64,000 bases of DNA from Cycas panzhihuaensis (taxonomy: Eukaryota; Plantae; Cycadophyta), in the NCBI GenBank assembly GCA_023213395.1, contig CM041465.1, forward strand, positions 31,503,741 through 31,567,740, given 5' to 3'. The position numbers and the translations under genes were made by a program. The notes below the pieces were generated by a model. That model saw nothing but the letters and a program-made list of their open reading frames with translations. It searched no databases and had not been told where the DNA came from. Positions 36,521 to 48,377 of the stretch are shown one piece after another (the first letter of the stretch is position 1; each line of letters starts with the position of its first letter).

Positions 36521-38824
36521 TTTAGTATCAGAGCTAAAAGAGATTAGTTCCCTCTGTTCTAATTTTTTTTCTTGCTCATTAGAGATTTAAAGTTGGTTTT
36601 TACACCTCCTTAGTAACGAGCTTCACTCTCCGAAGGTGATCCAAGGATTATTAAAGCTTATCTTTATAGATTAAGGCTTTTCTAAAATATTTTGAAGGTT
36701 GGAAGTGGTTACACTCTGATTTGTGACATTCTCTCAGAGGTTTTAAGTGAGTTTTACTCATGTTTTATGTGGTTTTTGAACTAGAAACTGAATATTCTAG
36801 TTATTTTTTCTCACAAAACAAGGTGCAGGGGTATTCTGAATGATTCTAAAGCTCACTAATTCAGATTATTGTGAGCTACTAACTCTCTGTTACCTGTGAA
36901 GTATTTCTAGGATGATTTCAGCCCTCAAACCCCATAGAGAAAGCTAAATCTACATGTGTATGTTTATTGGAGCCTCTTACTCATCAGGAAAGACTTACAC
37001 ACACCTTCACTAGACCCCACAAACATTTTGCAAGCGTTGGAAGAGAGTTGCAGCTATTGTTTTGACTGTGGTGACTCCCTCAACATGTGCACCCTATTTC
37101 AACTTTAGTTTGTTTGTACTCACTCGACGCTTAATAGAACGAGCTAAAAATTCAGGGGAACCTTTGTCCTAGTTGGGTCCCCCTCCCTCTAAAATCTCGT
37201 CTCCATTTGATGGTCCATCGAGGAGATACAAGTGATTGAAGCTCCATAGTTGTCGCTATGTCCTGTCGTCGTTCGACCTCTTCATCAAAATCTTTTAAAA
37301 TTTCTTTTATTTTTCATTAAGTCTAAACTTTAGGTTATGAATTTTAAAATATTGCTAAGTATATTCTACTTTATATAATCTCCTTTGTCTATAGTCACTT
37401 TTAACTTAAGTTTAAAAACATTTAAAACACTTTTTCAAGTCTAAATCATTAATTTTTAAGTGTTTTTTTTCTCAAAGTGACTTCATCACTAAAATACTGT
37501 GATTTAGAGATGGATTTCAGTCCTTCCAAGTGATTTGCGCTCTGAAATTAATATTTTCCCTTTGTTTTAAGCCCACACTTTGTCATTTTTTGGTCTTTGG
37601 CTTAACATTTCTTAAGGAAAAATCAACATTTTTCCATTTTTTAATGATTAAAATATTTGTTGTAACAAGTGATTTCATTAAATCACTTTACCTCAATAAG
37701 TCTCCTATCTTTGAAAGTTAAAATTATTGGCTTAATTCCTCATTCAAGGCTCCTTGTGTGGTGATCTTGTCATTCAAAGTTGTAAAAAAAAGGTGTAAAT
37801 TCAATCTTTGTTTATTTAGCTTTTTTTGCCTCATTTATCACTTGATTCATGTTACATAAGTGTTAAAAGGCCTTGATAAAGTGATTTTAAAATGTTTACC
37901 TTGATAAAGTGATTTTTATCACTATCTTAACACTTTTTTTAAGGTACTTTGTATGGTGACTTGTTGCTCTTAGTAAAAAATGGGGGGCTCAAGACATCTT
38001 TTTTTAATAAAATCACTTTATTTTTTATTGTTGGGACTATTTCAAAGTCCCAACATGTCGTGCTTGGCATCTTCAATTTGCAAGTGACTCTTTCTTCTAC
38101 TCTTCAAACATTAAAAGGAACCTACTTGCATGTGTTACACAAAGACTTTATGTTTCGAAGAACTTAGCATCTTTATTAAAGTGTCAATATTTGTCACTGT
38201 ACTTAAGCATTTTACTTTACTTGGATTGGATAGCACTCTTTCTCACATTAAAGTAATTTTGTAAATCACTCAAGTGATCATTGTGATGCACTTAATTGCT
38301 TCATCTTGAAGCTCTTTTATCATTATAAAAGTAAGCATCTACAAACATCCAAGTAAAACTTACTTTGAAGTCCACTTAAATCTTCTAAAAGTGAACTTTA
38401 AAATCAAATAGGAGAGGCCCAAAAAATATTCAAACCTTTCCTCTAAAATAATCTTAAGCTTGGTGCATTCCCTATGGGACCAACTGACCGTACGGTCAGT
38501 ACACGATAATTAAGGTTGCTTGAAGGAAAGGAGGTTCGAAAATGGTGTTATTGGGGTTGTGAATCCCAATGAAAGTATGGTACGTCCATGCAGATTAACC
38601 CTACCTACCTTGTCCTAGATTTAACTTAGCCAATTGTTAGAACTCTTCTATAGATCAAGGTTGGACCAACTCCTTAGCCTAGTCCTCCACCCCTTATCAT
38701 TCTATTCAGTTATTGAATCTTTTAGTAAGATCAGGATTGTCAATTTTGTTAGAAGGTGGAACTTAAGTGACAAAAGCTTAGAGTTTTTAAGTTATCTATT
38801 AGCTTCAAGCCTTACAACTTTAAC

Positions 38825-41197
38825 ATGATTACAATTAATATGCTCAATACATGTACCATCAAATTAATAGGATAAGACAACTATCAAGAATGGAAAAGAA
38901 TCACTCAAAATCTCTTGATAATGAATGAGTTTTAGAGGTATGTTTCTAGAAGGATACCTCGACCTATACATGTTGGAAATGATAGTAAAATTATTTATTC
39001 TGATGATCTCTTGTTACTGCTTAGGACACCAAAGATGAAATTGCTTTGGCATATCTATATATGATTATTGATGTTCATGTGCATTAGAATATCGTGTGTG
39101 TAAATACTTCCAAGGAAGCATGGGACATTTTTTCCTCCTTGTATGAAAGGCGAGATGAAGCTCGCTTATCGATGGTAAAAGTTAAATTATATTCTATAAA
39201 ATTTATCAAGCCTATGTCAATTTTTCTTTCCTCTATCAAAGAGGTATGTAATGAATTGAATACATTAGGTAGTCCTGCTACTAGAGATGATCTTATAACA
39301 ACAATTGTTAGAGCTCTACCTAAGGACTACAATGGCTTTATTTCTTCCACTACTTGAGATAGTTCACTCAAACAAATGTCCTTCAATGAATTTGAGAGCT
39401 TGTTGCTTCAAGAGGAGTAAATCTATATCAAAGATAATGATGAGGAACCATCTACATCAAGTGCATTCACAATAAAATCAAAGACCAAGCAGAATCCCAA
39501 ACCTATACTTTCAAAGCTATTTGGGAACATGAACATTAGTTCATCAAAGACCAATATTGTTTGTCATTATTATGGCAAAGTTGGCCACATAGCACGTGAT
39601 TACCGGAAGAAACAAGTAGATCTTTAGCACACACGACATCATTGAATACGTCATCAAAATTAAAGGCAGGTATACGTCAAGAAATTAGAGACAACAGCAG
39701 CCACAATAGCAATTCTAACAACAACAGTTTCAGTAACAGTAGTAGTAACCCCCTCGACAAAATCGAGGTGCATATCGAGGAGGTCAAATAGGAAAGGGGG
39801 GTTTTAGAGGTGGCAATCAGTACCACTTCAACTAGTTTGTAGATGAGGACAAATTATTTTGTGTTTATCATTCATCCGAGGTGGATCAAACTTGGATCAT
39901 TGATTCTGAAGCCACTCAACACATGATTGGGAGAGAAGAACTCAGCGACATCAAGGAAGGATAAGGTCAATCGATGACCTTCAGTAACAATGAATCTATC
40001 ACGATTTCTGGCATCGGTACAATCACTCCATTCCATTCTCCTTCCAATACTTCTCTACATTTCCCAATGGCAATGCTTATCTCATACCTTCTATGGAGAA
40101 GAGCTTGGTATCTGTTAGCCAACTGGATAAGCAACAGATGATCATTTTGTTTAAAAATGGGAAATGTGTAATAAGTGACAAAAATGACCAAGTAGTAGCT
40201 ATTAGATATGAGGATCATGGCCTCTACAAATTGGATGCTAATAATATTATACTTGATTCTACTTACTCTAGTTTCATTGTCACTAAATCTTTATCCAAGA
40301 TGCAACTTTGGAATCAATGTCTAAGCTACTTAAGCTTAGACAATCTTAAGCAAATGGTGAACAAAAACATAGTACATGGGCTTCTCAAGATATATGGCAT
40401 GAAATATCTTTGTGAAGCATACATAGTGGGGACACAACATCACTTGCCTTTCCCTAAAGGCAAAGCTTTACGTGCATCATATCCTTTGTAGTTAGTACAC
40501 TCAGATTTGTGTGGACCTATGTCCATTGCATCCTTTGGAGGATCTTTGTACTACATCTCCATCATCGATGATTTCTCTTATAAAGTTTGGGTTTACTTCC
40601 TCAAACATAAGTCTAAAGCATTTCAAAAGTTTAAGGAATTCAAGCTTAAAGTGGAGAACGAGTATGGCTAATCCATGAAAACACTAAGGACAGATAATAA
40701 AGGTGAATTTAGTTCAAAAGAATTCACCCAATTCTGCAAGGACAATAGCATTCGGAGATAACTTACTATTCCTCACACTCCTCAACAAAATAGAGTCTCC
40801 AAAAGAATGAATAGAACTTTGGCTAACAATGCCAAAGCAATGATACATGCCAAGGGACTTACTCGAGCTTACTGGGCAGAGGCATTCCACACAATTGCCT
40901 ATGTGGCAAATCGAAGTCCAACAATAGTAGTCACCGACATCACACCAGAAGAGGCATGGTCTGGTAAAAAGCCAACTGTCAGCCATTTGAGAACTTTTGA
41001 GTGCACTGCTTATATGCACATCCCTGATCAACAAAGAACTAAATTAGACAAGCATAGTCTAAAGTGCATCTTTGTAGGTTATGTCATTCATAGCAAAGCT
41101 TACAAGTTGTACGATCTCATTGAAAAGAAAATGAATCTCTCAAGAGATGTAATCTTTGTTAAAGAAGAGGATCAGGAGTTGGATACAGCATCCATCC
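38825..41197 (+). pseudogene. gag-pol: Copia G gag, protease, integrase
   Basis: TSKEAWDIFSSLYE (ORF 39094-39357), knuckle CHYYGKVGHIARDY ~39563, WIIDSEATQHM ~39893, LVHSDLCGP ~40492, YWAEAFHTIAYVANRSP (ORF 40807-41217). Confidence 0.93.
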
Positions 41198-44100
41198 TGT
41201 TAGATTATAATGTTTAATGTGTATGTGGTTAAGTAAAAGTGGGTCCTAGGATTATTAGTCATAGTCCTAAGTCTTAGGGTCAAAGGGTCATTATAATATT
41301 ATGTAAAAAGATACAAGCTTATTGGTCAAGTTAATGGTGTGATGCCGTTGGTCAGGGCAAAGGTATTTGTCCCACATACATTACTTGTGTTGTATAGTCT
41401 CCCACCTCTTTGGTATATAAAGGTAGTTGAGGTAGTGTATAGACACATCATCATCAAGGCTCATGTTGAGTCCTTGGTGCTTTGGTATGTTAATGGATTC
41501 TAATTATATTGTGTTAATCTCTGTTCATTGATATTGTTCTTGTGGACGATGAATGTTTTCCATGTTAAAATTCTAACATGGTATCAGAGCGAGTTGCTTG
41601 TTAAGGCTTTTGTTGTGCAGATAAGTGAGAAAGGTGACTCGATTAGGGCAGTTGACAGATTGAAGATTTAAATTAAAGAGGTTTCATATTGAGGGCATTG
41701 AGATGCTGAGTCAGCTGCCAAACTGAGGATTTGAATTGAAAATGTGAGATCGCAAGGTCATTAATATTATAAGGTATGCATTGTGGTGATGCAAGGCAGA
41801 ATTTTAACAGTAGATTAAGAACTGTTGTAAGAAGGAGATTAAGCCCAGTAGAGGATAAGGCACTCAAGCAAGGAGGGAGATTCATCAAACCATGTTGGTA
41901 TGAACCAGAAATTTCACCAGGTAACATCACTCATTTATTATGTGAAGTAGCCATGCATTGAGGCCAGCATGTATGGAGAAATAATGACACTTGAAGTTGT
42001 CTAAGGAATTGATGTTTGGAGGCTGCTTTAGTTGCCTACACTAATTAGGGCATGAGAACCATTTGCTAGTGAAGTGTTTTGTATGTGTGAAATTATAGTG
42101 AAGATCACCTGTATGATTTGCACATTTATCCATTTGATGTTGAAGACCATATGGTAGCATTATTGTGTCAGTCCCTGCCGTGCAACATTTCAATTTCAAT
42201 CAGAGCCAACATCTTCTTCATTCTGTGTCAATTCTCACAGTTTCAGACATCTGACCTTTGTTAGGAAGTCTCTGTAGACGTGACTGTACAACATATGTTC
42301 ATCTCCCATCTGTTCTCCTACCTGTTTGAGACCAAGTTGCCTGTCAAGTGCGTCCCTATGCAGGTTAATTATAAGTTTGGAGGTGGGTTCGTAGAGCCTA
42401 GTGCCGGTTGTGGTTAGACTTGAAGAAGATGAAACCCTAATAACATCAAAATATTATCGGCACCTTGTAATGCTAACTCCATTATCTTTAGTTCTACCTT
42501 GAGTTTCTTCATTTTAGATTTAGTTTCCTCCAAACTACTGGTTTTGGCTTGATAGGGGATTGTGAATGATATTGTTCTATGTTAACATCTTTCTGGAGAA
42601 CTTCTATCTGCCCTGTTGTGACTCAATTCCTAGCCCTTTAACAAGTCATTTCGACCCCTTCTGAACACTCCAACTCTACATGTTGTGGCTGCAAATATAT
42701 CTATCCTTCACTAGGAAGGTTCACCACTGAGACCTGTTCTAATAAGCCACCATTTGAGCATCTTCAAAAGGAGATGTAATCTGATCCTATTTCAGATCCC
42801 TTAGATGAGGATCGCACTCATCTTGTTGTGGGAGTGGAGAAGCGCATTGTTCTTGCTCTCCTGGTAAAAGAGGGTGCTGATCCTGGTACTTTATTTGGGG
42901 TGCTTGATCTCAGTCGCTCAGTTGAGATACAATCTCCTTGAGAACATGTTCTAAGAGCTTTCTGTTGGCAGTCTATTTGACACTGCTTCTGAAATTATAG
43001 TTTTATGAAGATTGGGCAACTTCTAGGACTTCAATATTATCATCTGTATCTCTCTAACCTATAAGAGCCATGATTGGATCAAAGATCGCTCTTCTGTCTA
43101 TTGAAGGCCATATTTCATTGTGAAGGAATGTATACCTTTTGAATATCCCTGACAAAGATTTCTTACCAGAATTGTTATTATTCATTTGAAGAGATTGAAT
43201 TCGTACAGTATTCACAGTCTTCATCCCTTGTAGACTGTGAGAAGAAAAATCAAGTGTTATGACTTCCCCATTGAAAGAAAAGTACAGGTGGTTGGAAAAG
43301 GCAGTAGCTGGGTCTCCAGAAAACACGGTAAGCAAATGCATTGATTGGAGGAAGAATTAATCAAGCAATCCAAATACTGTGAGAGGTTGAGAAGGGTCTA
43401 AACTTGGTCCTTAGTTTAAGAGCATAATGTTGGAAATCTGTCTTAACCTGTAATTCTAGGACCATCTGATTCTCAGCCCCAGAGAGTATCAACTCAGCCC
43501 CTATTACTGCTATCAACAACTAAGTTTCTGCACTCTGTCCCACTGGAAATCAAGTCTGTAGAGGTACACAATTCTAGATTAAAGGCAGAATTTTGTTACT
43601 GCTGTCAACAATTAAGTTCCTACACCCTGTCTTGCTAGAAATTAAGTTTGTAGAGGTACATAGCAGATATACCAGAATTCTGGATAGAATTTTATTTGGA
43701 AACAGCAAACTGTGTGAGCACTATTTGAAGACTGCTGGTTAAAGAGTGCAGCTTGTTTATTCATTGTGAGTACTGATGTTTGAAGACTGTTGTTTACTAG
43801 TCCACTGTCAACTGAGCACAGTAACACTGAGTCTACAAATGGACAGTGGTGACACCAAGGACAACCTATGTTTTCGATGATCAACTCCTTTCTATGAGTT
43901 TGCTGAAAGCAAGGATCATGTTCTGACTGGTATGTCTGCTTTTATTCTATGCATAGGAACTGTGAAAAATTAGTGCTGGTGCAAAGTAGTTGCTCTTAAG
44001 TCAGTCTTTTGCTCATGGAGTTAAGTGACATTATCACTTTTGTGCCTGAAAAAAATGAATACTGGCTATTAGATCTCCTCTTCCCTTTACCTAAATATAT

Positions 44101-45967
44101 TGAAACTAATTTTTGTTTTTGGAAAATTAAGATGGATAGCCTATTTGTATTGAAGAAACTTTGGAAAACAGTCATGGGCACTGAAATGGTTCTCGAAGAA
44201 GGGGAGAAAATTTTCAAAAGGAAAAATAGAATTGTAATTGACATAATACTTGCATCCCTTGATAAGGATAACCTTCCTTCTTCCTATCACTTCATTATCT
44301 AGGTTCTGCAGAATACTGACTCAGCTGAGGACACTTGGAAACTTCTGATAGAAGTGCATGAAAAATAACCTGAAGAAGTACAGCAGAGAAGCAAAAGGGA
44401 AAAGAATCAAAGGAAGAAATTAAAGAGGAAAGAAAAAAGGGAAAAGCAGCATGACAAAGTCATGACTCCATCAAATACCTTAAGTCTTGTAAAAAAACCA
44501 GCTTTGGAGACTAAAGATTCTAGGTATCAATCTTTACTAGTAACAGTTCATGGAGACACAAGTTACCTAACAAAAGGTAAAGATAATATTATCCTAGTTT
44601 GTGTTGATAGGTTGGTAGGAAGAATTCAAATGATGACAGGTCATACAGTGATTTGCATGCATTGGAAACTATCCATGATCTCCTTTAACTCAGTTACATG
44701 CTCCATTCTCATCTTTAAAAGAATCAAAATTATAACAACATATCCTACAACAACACTAGAAAGTTGTCTCCAAGAAAGGAGGAACATAAAGAGGACACTA
44801 TATGATCAAAATCTTGCTTGTCAAAATCATATTACCTTTTGGGTAGGTTACTTGATCATAAAAGTCAATCATACTGAAATAATGTTCCATGTATGCATAT
44901 CCATAATCAGAAAGTATATGCATGTGAGTATCATGGAAATACTCATTATACTTAGTTCATAGAATCTTTTGAGTGATATGAAGAAAATGGGATATCTTAC
45001 ACAGCCTACAGGTAATGGTGATGAAGCAATTGGAACTCATCTCAGTGAATTCATTGCTTCAGAGGAGGATAATAGTGTCTCACTGATTGATAACTCATTA
45101 CTACAGTTGGATAATGATGATATTGCTAACATCTATTTTGAAGAAAGTGGAAGCAAATAGGTAATAGAAGACATACTTGATGGATACCTTGAAGATATCT
45201 TTGATGAGTACATGCAGGATCATGCTGAATTGCCCATCTTTTACTACTTGTTTTGTATGTCAAAGGATTCCCAATTGTGTATGAAGGTGAAAAAAGCAAA
45301 GCTCGAAGACCGTCAGTTCAAGGGACTACCTCAAAAACGACGCTACAGGATTGAAGACCAAGAGTAAGCCCATGACATGGTGTTCAAGACCTTTCTAAAA
45401 TCAAGACGTTGGAGATTCAAAGAAGACGAAGTGCATTAGAGTCATTAATAGCCATATGTCAAAGTGTCATGTGTCAGTCTTATCATGTTGTCTTTAGTGT
45501 CTATAGTCTCAAATTCAAGTCAAGTGTTAATGTATGTCAGTTATGTCAAATTGTCTTTAGTTTAAACATTAAACATTAAGGGGAGGTGTTAGAATATAAT
45601 GTTTAATGTATATGTAGTTAAGTAAAAGTAGGTCCTAGGATTATTAGTCATAGTCCTAAGTCATAGGGTCAAAGGGTCATTATAATACTATGTAAAAAGA
45701 TACAAGCTTATTGGTCAAGTTAGTGGTGTAATGCTATTGGTCAGGGCAAAGGTATTTGTCTCACATACATTACTTGTGTTGTATAGTCTCCCACCTCTTT
45801 GATATATAAAGGTGGTTGAGGTAGTGTATAGACACATCATCATCAAGGCTCATGTTGAGTCCTTGGTGCTTTGGTATGTTAATGGATTCTGATTATATTG
45901 TATTAATCTCTGTTCATTGATATTGTTCTTGTGGATGATGAATGTTTTCCATGTTAAAATTTTAACA
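41198..45967 (+). mobile_element. Element H: complete non-autonomous copia-derived LTR element (TR-GAG-like), 4770 bp
   Basis: 381-bp LTRs 41198-41578 and 45587-45967 (~17 mismatches), TSD catcc/catca, perfect PBS tggtatcagagc 41579-41590, PPT aaggggagg; no PR, INT or RT motifs. Confidence 0.94.
44015..45439 (+). pseudogene. gag: Element H protein (~474 codons), homologous to the element E protein
   Basis: ORFs 44009-44302, 44462-44962, 44969-45160 and the 45161-45439 segment share one frame, broken by five TAG/TAA stops; LPKYIETNFCFWKIKMDSLF..SAEDTWKLL. Compensating frameshifts in the middle are possible. Confidence 0.8.
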
Positions 45968-47790
45968 CATCAAACCCCCCATTGACAAAGGCAAACAGAT
46001 TGTTGAGGCATTCCTTCCCTCTCAATCTTCAACTCCATGTACATCATCTGCACCTGCAGGACCGTCCACATTATTAACTCCACTTGATCCTAGCACATCT
46101 TCTATTGATCAACCACTTAGACTAGAAGATCTTGGGGTTCAAGTCATATCAATTAAAAAGTTACTCAAATAGTATACTCAAACAGTATAGGACAACCAGG
46201 TTATTGAAAGAAAACATCCATCAAGATATAGGCAGCAAACCAATTTCGCACTTATGGCTAAAGTACTATATGTTGATGAGCCTTCCACCTTTGAGGAGGC
46301 TTCTAAAGATAAACATAAGAAGGCTACCATGGATAAAGAAATCCATTCTATTGAAAAGAATGGAACTTGGGATTTGGTCGAATTGCCTAAACATAAACAG
46401 ACAATCAGCTGCAAATAGGTCTACAAGACCAAATTCCATTCTGATGGTACACTTAAACACCAAAAGTCCTGCCTTGTTGAAAAATGGTTCAAACAAAAAG
46501 AATGCATAGATTATGAGGAGACTTTTGCACTAGTGGCTAACATGAACATCATCAAACTCATCTTGGCTTTAGGAGCTCAATGCAAATGGCTGGTTTTTCA
46601 GATGGACATGAAGAGCGCCTTTCTCGATGGTGATCTTCAAGATGAGATATACTTGGAGCAACTTGCTAGTTACAAGGTACAAGGCAATGAGCATTTAGTT
46701 TGTCACCTAAAAAGGACATTGTATAACTTGAAACAAGCTCCAAGAGTATGGTGCTCAAATATTGATGATTACTTTTTCAGACATGGATTTTATCGATCTA
46801 CTTCCGATCATAATTTATACATCATAGTTAGGAAAGACCATGCCATTTTTATTGTCTTGTATGTAGATGACTTAGTGATCACTCGCAATGACACTAAGAT
46901 GATACAGATTCTCCAGGATGACTTAAAGAGGAGTTTTGAGACGACAGATCTTAGATTTCTCCATTATTTCTTAGGCCTTGAGGTATGGCAACAACCAGGC
47001 TATATATTCATCTCCCAAGCAAAATACTCTTGGGACATTTTGCAGCAGTTTAAGATGCACGATTGTAAGCCAACACCTACACCTCATGGAGAATGGCACA
47101 AAGCTTACTCTCAATGAGGAAGTTGAACTTGCAGATCCCATTCTTTATCGACAGTTGATTAGGTGTCTCATTTATTTCACCAACACTTGCCCTCATATCT
47201 TATTTGCATTTGAGATTTGCTCTAGATACATGTCTCAACCTAATTAGAAGTATTATAATGCAGTTAAACGCATACTCAAATATATCAAAGGCACATTGTA
47301 GCATGGCCTTGAGTATGTACATAGTGAGAACTTCACTCTAGAAGGGTTCTCAGATTCTGATTAGGGAGGTTGTCAGGATAACAGGAGATGAGCATTGGGT
47401 TACTGCTTTACCCTTGGTTCAACAGTTATTTCGTGGAGTTACAAGAAGCAACACAATGTTACCTTGTCCTCCAGGCGAATACAAATCTGATCGGTAGCGA
47501 CTTGTGAAGCTATCTGGCTATGACAGATTCTTGGAGAGCTTAGACTTGAGCAAGATCACCCCACCAAGATTTATTGTGACAATCAAAGTATACTTAAGTT
47601 GGCCAGGAATCCTGTATTTCATGTAAGGACCAAACATATTGAAGTTCATTATCACTTCATCAAAGAGCATGTGTAAAGTGGTGAGATTAACCTTCAGTAT
47701 AGACCTATAGAGGAGTAGACAGCAGATATCTTTACCAAGCCTCTTGGTAGAGAAAATTCGTAAAATTTAGAGATGGTTTAGGGGTCTAAC
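45968..47790 (+). pseudogene. pol: Copia G RT and RNase H
   Basis: QMDMKSAFLDGDL, LYNLKQAPRVW, VLYVDDLVIT (ORF 46533-47117); NPVFHVRTKHIEVHYHFI ~47608-47660. Confidence 0.94.
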
Positions 47791-47816
47791 TTAACATTGT
47801 AAACAATAAAGAGGGG

Positions 47817-48377
47817 TGTTAAACCTTATGTTTACATGTTAAACCTATGTACTTTATTATTCATGTACTATTCATACCTTTGTACTTTTATTATTTTGTA
47901 CTTTAGTGACTTATCACTTAAGTGATAAAGTACATACTTACATTCTTTCCTAGTGACACAATATTATCACTAAAGAGTCAAATGGACCCTCATGTACTTT
48001 TGCTCACTTGAGAGCCCTAAAGGACACTTGTCATATATCTAAGGCATATACATTAGATGTTTGACACTTGTCAAACATCCAATACCTTGGGTCTCTTCCT
48101 TCACTCTATATATTGAGACCTCTCCTCGTTGTTCTCACATAGAGTTGAAGCTTCATTGTTATGCTACTAGTTTGATAATCAAACTACTATTCATTTGGAG
48201 GTTGGACCAATTCCAACTCCTCATCTTTGGTATTATTTTGCTTTTTGTTTTCATGCTTGATCTTGCTCATGTTTGATCTCATAGCTTCATTCCTAGTTTA
48301 GTTTATTTACTTTCTAGAACTAGAGTGAACATAGCTTTTAGATCTTGGGATTGTAAGGCAATTTGGCCATTTTTACA
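47817..48377 (+). repeat. 3' LTR of copia G
   Basis: Direct repeat of 35960-36520, after PPT. Confidence 0.94.

Larger units (their letters stand above)
35960..48377 (+). mobile_element. Copia G, inserted antisense in copia F RT
   Basis: 561-bp LTRs 35960-36520 and 47817-48377, perfect TSD attat, PBS tagtatcagagc 36523-36534, PPT aaagagggg before 47817. Confidence 0.95.

Noticed and set aside
38530-38570. tRNA or SINE B-box (ggttcgaa)
   Set aside because: No A-box or cloverleaf found
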